Shown piece after piece: positions 1-9,354 of a stretch of 63,436 nt of DNA. The notes under the pieces are model-generated. The model ran no database searches, was not told the DNA's origin, and saw only the letters and a list, made by a program, of their open reading frames with translations. Every line of letters begins with the position of its first letter. The stretch's first letter is position 1. Both the position numbers and the translations under genes were made by a program. Source of the DNA: Bacilli bacterium (GTDB lineage Bacteria > Bacillota_I > Bacilli_A > RFN20 > CAG-826); the NCBI GenBank assembly GCA_045601325.1, contig JAZRZI010000038.1:1-63436 (forward strand). Reading direction: 5' to 3'.

Positions 1-154
1 AATTAACTAAAACAAACTAGTACGCCTTCGTTCAAGACGGAATTTACGGAAGTGGAGACACAAAAAAGCCCATGTGGCTAGTGTCGTAGAAACTTCAAGC
101 GAACATGAGCTTGTAGAGTTTTATAAGTTTTGCAGAACGGTTCTCTTTTTCTTG

Positions 155-571
155 TTAGAAATAATATTGAATGGCTTTCACCAAGAATATAATTCCCACT
201 ACCAGGGTTCCAATTACTATTAATAAGTATGTTGGGAATTCAAAGTCTTGAGCGTCAACGTTGTAAAACATATATTTAAACGCCATCTTAACTGATATGG
301 ACATATCGCTAAAGAACGTTTTAATGTTTTCAACAAACGTTAAGAAGCATGATTTAAATAGACCACATATAATAGCAATTAGGTGAGATAGACTTCCTAA
401 CAAGAACCCCAATCCGTATGCAGTATATGTAATACCCGCCATGGTTTCTGTGTGCCTAAGACACATCGCTCCATAAATAACACCCATAAGAGTGAATGGA
501 ATAGCTATCATTACTACAGAAGTAATAATCAGTCTTATTAATGATTCATATTTGTTTACAACGACGCCCAT
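155..571 (-). CDS. small polytopic membrane protein, function unknown
   Basis: ORF track 155..580. The codon at 578-580 is TTG and the first ATG is at 569-571. About four hydrophobic helices (LIITSVVMIAIPFTLMGVIYGAM, YGLGFLLGSLSHLIAIICGLF, YLLIVIGTLVVGIIFLV). No family motif recognised. Confidence 0.5.
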   Translation of the reverse strand: MGVVVNKYESLIRLIITSVVMIAIPFTLMGVIYGAMCLRHTETMAGITYTAYGLGFLLGSLSHLIAIICGLFKSCFLTFVENIKTFFSDMSISVKMAFKYMFYNVDAQDFEFPTYLLIVIGTLVVGIIFLVKAIQYYF

Positions 572-665
572 AATTAACAACTATTAGATTATAGAAAATG
601 AAGAAATGTAAAACAATTATTCGTTCAATATTATAATTAATATGATTATTAAAAGGATATAAAGC

Positions 666-1931
666 ATGGAACTAAACACAAAAACAATTATTGATGTAGT
701 AAAAACATTAACTAATGATAATCATTTAATAAACACTTTTAAAAACTGCTTTTATGACACGAAAGATAAAGCAGTTAAATACATAGATGATGAAACATTC
801 TTAATTACAGGAGATATTCCTGCGATGTGGTTAAGAGATTCATCCGCTCAAGTGATGCATTATTTACCATTTGCTAAAGAGGAAGAAATATCTCGTTTGA
901 TTAAAGGTCTTATCAAAAGACAAATGAGAATGATTCTTGTAGATCCATACGCAAATGCATTTAAAGAAACGGAAGACAGTTATGGAGAATGGGATAATGT
1001 AGTTGTCACAAACAAACATTCAAAACTTGTATGGGAAAGAAAGTTTGAATTAGATTCACTTTGCTATCCACTATTCTTAACCTGCAAATATTATGATTAT
1101 ACAAACGATTTGTCCATCTTTAATGATTTGTTTTATAAAGCTTTTGATAAGATATTAGAAACTGTTCATATCGAACAAAACCACGAAGAACTTTCCGAAT
1201 ATTTCTTTGGCTATACATTCCCTAACAACCAAACAATTGAATGTCATCAAAACAAAGTTAATCCTAATAATTATGGACTTGTTTGGTGTGGGTTTAGACC
1301 AAGTGATGATTTGTGTGAATATCACTATCACATACCAGATAATATGTTCTTGGTTTCTTCATTAATAAAACTTAAAGATATCTTTGAAAACAAATTAAAT
1401 AACAAGCATTATGCAACAATTTGTGGCGAATTGGCGGATTCTGTTCGTAAAGGAATTGAAAAATATGGTATCCAAGAAATAGAAGGATTTGGAAAGATCT
1501 ATGTTTCTGAAACAGATTGTAATGGTAAGTTCACCACCAATGATGACGCTAATATTCCTAGCTTATTGAGCATTCCTTATCTTGAATATCCTTATATAGA
1601 TAAAGAGATTTATGAAAACACTAGAAAATTCATTTTGTCTAAGCGTAATAATTTCTATTATGATGGCAAATATATTAAAGGCATTGGCTCTCCTCACACT
1701 CCAAAAGAAACAGTGTGGCCACTTGCGGTTATTATGCAAGGATTAACAACCTACAACGAAAACGAAATCAAAGAGTGTTTAAACATGTTATTATCAACAG
1801 ACGCTGGCACAGAACTAATGCATGAAAGCATAAATATAAATGACCCCGCAATATTTACAAGGTCATGGTTTGGTTGGGCAAATTCCTTGTTTGCGGAATT
1901 TTGTTTAAGAAAAATATTTAAATTATTCTAA
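666..1931 (+). CDS. glycoside hydrolase family 125 (metal-independent exo-alpha-1,6-mannosidase, DUF1237)
   Basis: 421-aa ORF with AAAGGA upstream of the ATG. GH125 hallmark TGDIPAMWLRDSSAQ near the N-terminus; C-terminal WFGWANSLFAEF. No signal peptide, so cytoplasmic. Confidence 0.85.
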   Translation: MELNTKTIIDVVKTLTNDNHLINTFKNCFYDTKDKAVKYIDDETFLITGDIPAMWLRDSSAQVMHYLPFAKEEEISRLIKGLIKRQMRMILVDPYANAFKETEDSYGEWDNVVVTNKHSKLVWERKFELDSLCYPLFLTCKYYDYTNDLSIFNDLFYKAFDKILETVHIEQNHEELSEYFFGYTFPNNQTIECHQNKVNPNNYGLVWCGFRPSDDLCEYHYHIPDNMFLVSSLIKLKDIFENKLNNKHYATICGELADSVRKGIEKYGIQEIEGFGKIYVSETDCNGKFTTNDDANIPSLLSIPYLEYPYIDKEIYENTRKFILSKRNNFYYDGKYIKGIGSPHTPKETVWPLAVIMQGLTTYNENEIKECLNMLLSTDAGTELMHESININDPAIFTRSWFGWANSLFAEFCLRKIFKLF

Positions 1932-2069
1932 AACTAATGGTTTGATTAATTCGCATTCTATTTGTGTTTTAGAAACAAAAAAATGATCTTTAAATTTAGA
2001 CAAAGATTCTAGATTGCCGTTTTGGTAAAAGGAAATTAGAAAACACGAGTCGCAGTAAAAATATTTCAT

Positions 2070-2657
2070 CTATTCAATTCTCATGTTTTTCATCACATCA
2101 TATAAAGGCACTTGTAAAAACTCTGCGGCTCTAGAAGCTGTAATAAGCTCTTCTCCTAACGCTAGATAAACTTGTTGGTCAAAAATAGTAGGTTTTTCAC
2201 TATCGTTTTGAGAATTTAACAAAGTTTTCTCTAGTTTTTTGCCGCCACTCTTATTCAAGAATATAAAAAACTTTTTGTAATATATATCTGTTATTACTGC
2301 TTCTTCAAATAATCTAGTAATTAGACAAGAGGGAGCTATTTTATATTGTTTAGATATTTGATCTCTAAGATATATAGTTAAAGTTCTATTTGTTTTTCCA
2401 AAAATAGAATAGATATCATCACGAGGCATTAATACATTGCCTGCTACTTGGTTAATGTATTTTTCAACCTCTTTTTCGGTCATGTTTGTTGTTGCGTTAT
2501 TAAAAAACAAATGACACACCTCGTGCATGATAGTGAATCTTTGTTTTTCTATTGTTCTATCTTTGGAATTAAAGAATACATAAGGGTTTCCATTTACAGT
2601 GCCATTAACACCATCAATTTCATCAACACAATCAAAAGACAAAACAATAATACCCAA
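2070..2657 (-). CDS. ImmA/IrrE-type (Peptidase_M78/DUF955) zinc metallopeptidase domain protein, probably 5'-truncated
   Basis: HExxH in family context (QRFTIMHEVCHLFF), preceded by GIIVLSFDCVDEIDG...NPYVFFNSKD. The ORF opens with TTG two codons after an in-frame TAA, with no ATG or SD. It overlaps the 80-aa ORF upstream in another frame. Confidence 0.6.
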   Translation of the reverse strand: MGIIVLSFDCVDEIDGVNGTVNGNPYVFFNSKDRTIEKQRFTIMHEVCHLFFNNATTNMTEKEVEKYINQVAGNVLMPRDDIYSIFGKTNRTLTIYLRDQISKQYKIAPSCLITRLFEEAVITDIYYKKFFIFLNKSGGKKLEKTLLNSQNDSEKPTIFDQQVYLALGEELITASRAAEFLQVPLYDVMKNMRIE

Positions 2658-2836
2658 ACATTAGGAGATACTTTAACTGCGTCTTCATAAGGGAAGCGCA
2701 TAAAGCCTCTTTCTTTATCATAGGTAACTCCATATAAGTTAACATCTTTGGAAGGGACTTTAATTATTTGGCCATTAATGTCTTCTTGAGCGGCAAAATT
2801 CTTATCAATTTTCTTAATTTTCACTGTATTAACCAT
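2594..2836 (-). pseudogene. orphan N-terminal gene fragment abutting the M78 peptidase ORF (frame change near 2650-2660)
   Basis: ATG at 2834-2836 overlaps the end of the upstream DUF4091 gene by 8 nt. The first ~62 aa look protein-like (IIKVPSKDVNLYGVTYDKERGFMRFPYEDAVKVSPNVW). The tail VLLFCLLIVLMKLMVLMAL is the out-of-frame reading of the M78 ORF. Confidence 0.4.
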
Positions 2837-4451
2837 CTAATTCATTTATTAATGCGTTGTGTAGTTCTAAACAAGCATCATCTCTATGAGGATAATCTTT
2901 ATAACTGTTTATGCCTAGTTTGGTTAATAGATTCATAACATAATCTTTACCTTTGATATCTTCCACCATCTTCAATAATGCGTAGTCTTGTAAACCATCA
3001 AAATATGATTCCCATCTTAAAGAATCTAATGGTTGATAGTTTTCTCCTGGATATACATAGAAAGGATCGCCAGCAGGGAACCTTCCATCTGAATCAGGTG
3101 TTTCAAAAGGATTAATCTTCTTTAAAGATAATTGGGAGTTATAAAAGTTAAATCCCCAGTTTAATAATCCTTTCGCATTATCTTTATACATAGTCGCGCC
3201 TATCATTCTCTGTCTATTAAGAGGTATATTTAAAAATTTATTTGGAACATATTCTCTTGATTGAGTGCAACAGTAATAAACATAAGTATTAACGTTATGG
3301 TCTCTATATCCCTCTACATGGTTAAGGGATACGACTGGTTCATCAAGAACACCATCTTCATAGAATTTATAAGATGATAAGGCATCAAATATACGATATG
3401 GCTTAATAATAGTTTTATACATATTAGAGATAGCTTTATATGTATCTATAGAGTTCTCTCCTGGCTCATCTGATATATGGAAAAGGATTTCTTCTTTGTT
3501 AAATCCTCTTACTTTAAGTTCGTTAACAAATTCTTTTAAGAATTGTTTTATAAAAGGGAAATATTTATCTCCAAGAGAATCATCTTTCCAGCCAAAGTAT
3601 CTAACTAATTTACCATTTACTCTCACCATTACTTTAGGAGCGTATTTAGCGCCCCATTGGGAGAATAAATGTGACATTTCAAAGATGGTGAATCCCATCT
3701 TTTTCGCATTATCAATAAACTCAAACACTCTATCAAAGTTAAAGATATATTTATTATCCACTAAGGATACATCAACAAGTTGAACCGTTCTTCTATATAA
3801 ACCTTCTGCAGTATCTAGAGGTGGAGTAAACAAAGGCACGTAAATAACGTTCACACCGTGACATAGCTCAGAGGACATAAAATTATTCATAGCCTTGTAA
3901 TATCGTTTGCTAAATGGCTTTAAATGATAGTAATTCGCGATTGCGTCATAATGAAACCATATCGTGTTTGGTAATATCTTAGATAAGTCTATTTCTTTAT
4001 TAATAACAGTTAACTCAAAACGAGATAATCCTAATTCTATTTTGTTATTAGAAAAGACTATATCAATTGGATAGACACCAGAAATATCTACACCTTTAAC
4101 TGTTATATATAAAGTGATCCATTCACCTTTAGTAAGCTTGATTTTATTTGATATTGGTTTTAATAAATCAGGGAAGTCTCTTTCATTAGTTTTATCAAAC
4201 AAATAATAGTCATCATCTTCAGGAACAAAGTTAAGTTTCTTCGCGTGGATATCTAATACTTGTCTAACTGTAATCTTATCATTAAGTTTGGAGTTAACTT
4301 TAAAAGATAATGACATATCTTCATCACTTCTAACACAAACTTGATAAGAAAATGTTTCGTTTTTAAGAATAGAAAAAGATAAGAATTCTTCTAATACTTT
4401 TGTATCTTTAAATACTTTTATTAAGTTTGATGTGGTTTTAACTTCAATCAT
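2829..4451 (-). CDS. DUF4091 / GH123-like putative glycoside hydrolase, cytoplasmic
   Basis: 540 aa, no signal peptide, AGAGGG before the ATG. The C-terminal motif FPAGDPFYVYPGENYQPLDSLRWESYFDGLQDYALLKMV parallels GDGFIMYPGRYYESSTPFPSMRLLTYRDGLEDYEMLEVL in 27617..30082. I recognise this as the DUF4091-type signature. Confidence 0.65.
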   Translation of the reverse strand: MIEVKTTSNLIKVFKDTKVLEEFLSFSILKNETFSYQVCVRSDEDMSLSFKVNSKLNDKITVRQVLDIHAKKLNFVPEDDDYYLFDKTNERDFPDLLKPISNKIKLTKGEWITLYITVKGVDISGVYPIDIVFSNNKIELGLSRFELTVINKEIDLSKILPNTIWFHYDAIANYYHLKPFSKRYYKAMNNFMSSELCHGVNVIYVPLFTPPLDTAEGLYRRTVQLVDVSLVDNKYIFNFDRVFEFIDNAKKMGFTIFEMSHLFSQWGAKYAPKVMVRVNGKLVRYFGWKDDSLGDKYFPFIKQFLKEFVNELKVRGFNKEEILFHISDEPGENSIDTYKAISNMYKTIIKPYRIFDALSSYKFYEDGVLDEPVVSLNHVEGYRDHNVNTYVYYCCTQSREYVPNKFLNIPLNRQRMIGATMYKDNAKGLLNWGFNFYNSQLSLKKINPFETPDSDGRFPAGDPFYVYPGENYQPLDSLRWESYFDGLQDYALLKMVEDIKGKDYVMNLLTKLGINSYKDYPHRDDACLELHNALINELDG

Positions 4452-4517
4452 TAGGAATTACCCTCTAATTAATAATAGCAAAAATGTCTATTATTAGTTA
4501 TTCATTTGTAATAGCGG

Positions 4518-4655
4518 TCAATATGTTATTAGAAAAAACAACAATATGGTTACTTTCTTTTCTTGAAGATAACAATGACAAGCATCACTAAAGCGATTAC
4601 TCCTGTAATACCAGTGAGTATTTGTAAAAGTAATGATAAAGTCTCCCATGTTCAT
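4518..4655 (-). CDS. 45-codon small ORF with strong SD; its +1 frame encodes a perfect TM helix plus KKRK tail
   Basis: TGGGGGGAATAACAC-ATG gives a G-rich SD 5-7 nt upstream. As written it reads MNMGDFIITFTNTHWYYRSNRFSDACHCYLQEKKVTILLFFLITY. The frame starting at 4651 reads TWETLSLLLQILTGITGVIALVMLVIVIFKKRK-stop (4550..4651). Confidence 0.3.
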   Translation of the reverse strand: MNMGDFIITFTNTHWYYRSNRFSDACHCYLQEKKVTILLFFLITY

Positions 4656-4712
4656 GTGTTATTCCCCCCAATCAGTTAAAAATTAATTTTTAAACAATTA
4701 AAAGATATTGTA

Positions 4713-4753
4713 GCCAAAAGGACACAACAAAACAGCATAATTGTGTTTTGTGT
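4713..4753 (-). terminator. possible rho-independent terminator after the GH38 fragment
   Basis: Imperfect hairpin ACACAAAACAC-AATTATGC-TGTTTTGTTGTGT on the minus strand (4722..4753), followed by CCTTTTGG. It lies 18 nt downstream of the stop at 4771. The stem has a bulge and the U-run is short. Confidence 0.35.
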
Positions 4754-4770
4754 ATCTAGATAATTATTAA

Positions 4771-6303
4771 TTAATAAATAGAAGAATCGTCCGATTCAAC
4801 GATCGACTTCCCGTTATAAACGAAGGTTTTAAACGCAAACTTAGTGAAGTTAATCTTTTTAGTAATGTTTAAGATTGTTAATTCGGTTGATGCTTTAGAG
4901 AACGAACCGTTATATAAACGAACAATATATTCTCCGTTGTTTCTTCTTTTTAAAGCTGTGATAACAATATTTGGATTCGATAGTTTTATCACATCGCTTG
5001 TAACACCTTTGCCTTCTCCGTGAGGGAATGATAAAAGTTGATATAAACGCTCGTTAAACTCATTAGCAAACCTTTCACATTCTTCAACTTTATTCACCAT
5101 TAATCTAAAGGAATAATCGTGGGTTCCTTGTTCAGCATATGCATTGAATCTATGTTTATCCAAAAGTGGAGTTTCTTGATGTGTAGGATGCGCGCAATAG
5201 GCCGCGCCATTAAGTAAGGTTATATATAAATCTTTACCTTTCTTAGACGAACTATGAATTCCACCTTTGTTATAGATAGCTAGACAATCGTTATTAATCT
5301 TGTTACCAACGTATCTATTACATGGGTATTCCATGTTGTTGTTGTCGTATTCTTCAATACCAAATGCTGCTTGAGCGAAATATTTTTTATTTCCGTTAAC
5401 AGGGAATTGAAGTTTTAAGCCCTTTGATGTTTCGTTCCAAATCGCGTGAACATTAACATCGATATATGGGACATCTTTGAAGATTTTATAATCGACAACA
5501 ACATAGCTAGAATTTTGTTTAAATAAGCATTGAACTTCTGTAAGATATTCGCCTTTTTCAATCAAATTCACCCCTAAAAGTCCTTCAAACGGTCCTTTGC
5601 CACTATTATCGAGTTTCATACCCATCATCTTTGCGCCCTTGCCAATTGGCCAACCGTTTTTGTTATAGACATTGTCTCCTAAAGAATTTATTCTCCAACC
5701 CCATGGGTCTTCGTTGTCTTCAAATATAAAAGGTTGTCCTGCTGGTTTAGCCAAGGTTTCTACACCATAAACTTTAAACGATTCTAATAAGCCGGTTTGT
5801 TTAGAAATCTTAACTTCTTTCGTACTATCTTTGATGAGAATTTCATCATCTTGTTTTAATACTCTATATCTAGCGTACTTTTGGAAATCTACTTTAACGC
5901 TAAATTGAGTGATTGAGTAAGCTGACATATCAACTTGTAGTAAAAGTCTTACCCTATGTTGATCCATAATGTTACTTTCTTCTTTAATGATTTGATAAGG
6001 CACAACATTATCGTTAATGTCATAGATAGTTAAATCGTAGATAGTCTTACCATATTCTGCGCAACAAGCAGGATATACTTCCGCTTCAATATAACCTTTA
6101 TAACGATAAGGGTATGGATTAAAGACAACAAAGTTATCGTAGTTAGGTTTGACCTTTGGCAAATCTTTGCTCATTGCAAAGAAAGAAGCGGTCACTTCTT
6201 CTTTTAATTCATCAATTGCATGATACGCTCTACGGATAGAGGCATTCAACTCTAGATTCTTTAGTGATGTATTGAGTTTCAAATTCAATAGAACTATTTT
6301 CAT
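4771..6303 (-). pseudogene. GH38 alpha-mannosidase, C-terminal half only (N-terminal catalytic domain missing)
   Basis: The 510-aa ORF matches the GH38 C-terminal region pattern (NFVVFNPYPYRYKGYIEAEV, FIFEDNEDPWGW, ITLLNGAAYCAHP, EQGTHDYSFRLM, EYIVRLYNGS). Full-length GH38 enzymes are about 900-1050 aa. The 5' end overlaps the preceding fragment in another frame. Confidence 0.65.
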
Positions 6304-7129
6304 CAGTATCGCCTTTAGAAATCTTTAAGGTGTTATCAGTTTTATCAAGCTCGTACTTAACGTTTTGAGGGTGAATAAATGAATCAACATCTGATTCTTG
6401 AGTGAAATCATATTCTTCTTTTAATAATTCGTAATCAGCGTAATCAATATGGATTGAATGGATAAGCCATTTGTTGTTTTGCCATAATTCAGGATTCAAA
6501 TCTATTTCAGATGTCTCTGGATTTTGTTTACGGCCAAAGTCAAACATGAAATACACGCCACAAGAGTCTTCTAAGACGTTCATCTTTAAATTCATGTGTC
6601 CGTTATTCCACTTTTCAAGTTCCCAAGCTTGTACGTTATTACCACCTTGTCCATAGTACCAGTTCTTAATCTCTTCTTTGGTGGACTTAACGCCTGGATC
6701 ACCAAGCATACCACCAGAAATTGGAGAATCGTCACTAGTTAAACCATAGACATACATACCTGCTCTTACGCCTTCATCTGCAGGAGCGTTACCAACGAAT
6801 TCTGCATCAATTTCAACGCAAGTTCCTGCTCTTAAGTTAGAGTGAAGAGCCATATATGCACGTGGGTCTTCGGAAGTGTTTTTAATTTCCAAATCGCCAT
6901 TATTAATCTTTAATTCAAGAGCGTCATAGATGCTTACAAAGTCATCTAAATCACTTTCATCTAAGAAGTTATAATCAAGTTTTGTTTCTTTAAAAACAGC
7001 GTGAAGTGTGTGGTCACATGTCATTGTAACTTTAGAGGAGAAAGTAATTTCTTCTCCTGTTCCTTCTGGATTTAAATACCAACCAAGGAATGTGCTTAAT
7101 TTCTTTGTTGGGTTTGCTGGAATGACCAT
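6230..7129 (-). pseudogene. internal fragment of a Flg_new (Listeria-Bacteroides repeat) surface protein with a beta-sandwich/CBM-like module
   Basis: Begins inside a repeat (LSTFLGWYLNPEGTGEEITFSSKVTMTCDHTLHAVF). It has no signal peptide, lipobox or C-terminal anchor, unlike the intact family member at 56515..59250. Both ends overlap neighbouring fragments. Confidence 0.55.
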
Positions 7130-7548
7130 CGCACCATAGAGGTTGTAACAAAGTTAACTGTTTCATTTAAATGTATATCTACACCTATGTTTTTGTTGGC
7201 TTTATATAATGCTTCCGCGATGTCTTTCGCGTTATAGCTTACAGGGAAAACCCTATTTCCTCTCTCGGTTTGTAAAGCCACATTATGAGATGAGAAAAAC
7301 TCCATCGTGTCTTGGCTAGTAAAGTCATTGTAGGCACTATAAAGGAATTTAGAATTGTTCACTATGTTATTAAAGAACTCTTCCTTAGTGCAGTTGTTAG
7401 TGACATTACATCTACCTTTACCGGTGATATATATCTTCTTACCAACTTTTTCATTTTTGTCGATTAAAACAACATCGTGTCCACGACTTCTTAATCTATA
7501 AGCACACATTAGACCAGAAGGACCTGCTCCAATAACGACAATTTTCAT
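7096..7548 (-). pseudogene. HI0933/YhiN-type FAD-dependent oxidoreductase, N-terminal ~135 aa only
   Basis: Rossmann dinucleotide motif KIVVIGAGPSGLMCA and the family motif ITGKGRCNVTNNC. The family is ~400 aa. Here the similarity ends near VNFV and the ORF runs into TTSMVRWSFQQTQQRN-stop. Confidence 0.65.
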
Positions 7549-7550
7549 AT

Positions 7551-8285
7551 CTATTTTGATAGTAATTTATATTCACTAGAAATGATGGTTTCAATCTCTT
7601 TTAATTCTGTTTCGTTAAGGCCATTAGGCACATGTAATTTGTTAACTTTTTCTAATCCCAAAACCTTATGAACAAGGCCCAATCCAACCGCATATTCACC
7701 AAGGTCATTTAGATGGTATCCATCATCTTGATAATAGTTGTAATTTGTCTTTTCTTTGAGCAAAGCGATAACTTCACCACTTCTAATTATTTCGAAACTG
7801 TATTTTTCTTTTAAACGGCTATATACTTCTTTAATTTTACTAAGCATAAGACAAGCATCACTATTATAGTCTATGAAAGATGGATGCCATGTATCTTCCT
7901 TATACGCCCAAGTTTCATGAAAAACAAATTTAAAGTCAAAAATATACTTTCTAACATATTCAATAACACTATCTATATAAGGAAAATATGTATCATACTT
8001 TCCAGAATCACTACTTACTTGTTGTAATGTAACATAATCCCATTTTCTAAGCATTAAAATATCATAAATAGAGACGCCACTAGTCTTAAGCTCACCATTT
8101 TCATAATATTCATAAGCCTTAATGGAATTATCTAAGTTTTCAAAATGCATTTTAAAAGAACAACCAGGAATGTATAAAACACCGATATTAATTTCTGTAT
8201 CGGTGTTAAGAGAAATCTGGTGGACATAGTGATTCATATTGACCCCAAAACTATTGGCAATCATCAATATATTAATTTGTTTCAT
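7551..8285 (-). CDS. DUF4886-type SGNH/GDSL-like hydrolase
   Basis: 244 aa. The N-terminus INILMIANSFGVNMNHYV...IGVLYIPGCSFKMHFENL fits the DUF4886 pattern (GNSFS...GGCSLxxH), and DDGYHLNDLGEY provides the C-terminal D-x-x-H block. The stop is 2 nt before the next ATG. Confidence 0.6.
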   Translation of the reverse strand: MKQINILMIANSFGVNMNHYVHQISLNTDTEINIGVLYIPGCSFKMHFENLDNSIKAYEYYENGELKTSGVSIYDILMLRKWDYVTLQQVSSDSGKYDTYFPYIDSVIEYVRKYIFDFKFVFHETWAYKEDTWHPSFIDYNSDACLMLSKIKEVYSRLKEKYSFEIIRSGEVIALLKEKTNYNYYQDDGYHLNDLGEYAVGLGLVHKVLGLEKVNKLHVPNGLNETELKEIETIISSEYKLLSK

Positions 8286-8373
8286 ATAAAAAGTCCTGTC
8301 TTTCTTTAAGTTTATCTTATCACGATTTTTATTACAAAATTTAATTTATTTTATAAATCTAGTGAATTTATGT

Positions 8374-8401
8374 ATAAGAAAAGCCAACCTTAAGGTTGGC
8401 T
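8374..8401 (-). terminator. rho-independent terminator downstream of the lipoprotein gene
   Basis: Perfect 8-bp stem AGCCAACC-TTAA-GGTTGGCT (8382..8401), followed on the minus strand by TTTTCTTAT. It lies 17 nt after the stop at 8418. Confidence 0.75.
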
Positions 8402-8417
8402 AATATAATGTTGAATA

Positions 8418-9281
8418 TTATTTTGCTTCAAAATTCTTTTTGTTTAGTTTTGGCATGCCTTTAGAAGAATTTTTGAAAACATATTCGGTTTGATCGATTG
8501 AGATAGATTCAGATTTGCCATCTTTGGATCTATAAATATAGGTTGTTTTTGTTATAGCTTCTTGAACGATTAAATCACGAGCGTCAAAACTAACATAATA
8601 ATTATAATTTTGATCCAAAACTTCATCGCCGTTTGGGTCTGGTTTATATTCACTAGCTGTTTTGTAGTCTTCAATTGCTTGGAATGATTCTTCGTTATCA
8701 CTTCCATAATAACAATCGAGAGATTCGCCTTCATCTGGTTCGTATGTTTCTCCATCCCAAACAAGCTCATCGCCGATAGTTGAATAAACACCAGCGTTAC
8801 CTTCTTGGAAGAATTCTGTGACTGTATCTAAGAAGTTAGAATCAACCGTGCTTGCTTCACTTGCTGATTCGTTTCCTGCCTTTGATATAGCATAAACTAT
8901 GGTTGCGTTATTTGTTTCGCCTGGTACAAGCCATTGTTCATAAGATTGAGAGAGCTCTCCGTCTCCGTCAATTACAAGTTCTTCTAGCTTCATGTACGCT
9001 ATTTGGGATTTTTTAGAATACATGAGAATTGTTTTTGAAAGCTCCTTTTCATATACAGATGTATCTGGTGTGGTTTCTGTATATTCATACAAATAAGTAA
9101 GAGTAGCGCTGAATTCATCAGGCATAATGAATTGTGATAGTTCGACATTTTGTACAATGTTATTATAAATTGCCTGAGCTTCTTCTGCGCTTACGGCTTT
9201 TTGTTTTGGCAGACCTTTATCACCACATGCTAGTAACATAAAAGACGTTAATAACAAAATACTTTTGCTTAATTTTTTCAT
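8418..9281 (-). CDS. lipoprotein, function unknown (acidic)
   Basis: Signal peptide with lipobox MKKLSKSILLLTSFMLLAC-GDK. No enzymatic motif recognised. Confidence 0.7.
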   Translation of the reverse strand: MKKLSKSILLLTSFMLLACGDKGLPKQKAVSAEEAQAIYNNIVQNVELSQFIMPDEFSATLTYLYEYTETTPDTSVYEKELSKTILMYSKKSQIAYMKLEELVIDGDGELSQSYEQWLVPGETNNATIVYAISKAGNESASEASTVDSNFLDTVTEFFQEGNAGVYSTIGDELVWDGETYEPDEGESLDCYYGSDNEESFQAIEDYKTASEYKPDPNGDEVLDQNYNYYVSFDARDLIVQEAITKTTYIYRSKDGKSESISIDQTEYVFKNSSKGMPKLNKKNFEAK

Positions 9282-9354
9282 GGATAAGTTTCCTTTCTTT
9301 GCTATTGTTAACTCTCTAAATTAGAGAGATTGGTTAATGTTATTTTATACGATT

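Noticed and set aside
1-154. Noncoding leader with somewhat higher GC, a weak hairpin AGCC-CATGT-GGCT (67..79) followed on the minus strand by T5-6, and a second imperfect hairpin around 95..125. It could be the terminator of 155..571 or part of an RNA gene.
   Set aside because: The stem is only 4 bp, and I see no tRNA, tmRNA, RNase P or riboswitch signature. The element is cut by the window start, so this is too weak to call.
4771-7548. A mobile element causing the gene-fragment mosaic.
   Set aside because: I saw no transposase, integrase or recombinase ORF, and no terminal inverted or direct repeats at the junctions. Deletion or illegitimate recombination, or an assembly artefact, remains the working explanation.
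9312-9328. Hairpin CTCTCTA-AAT-TAGAGAG in the 5' region of the lipoprotein gene.
   Set aside because: It is a 7-bp AT-rich stem with a 3-nt loop, with no associated motif or U-run. It cannot be assigned a function from sequence alone.
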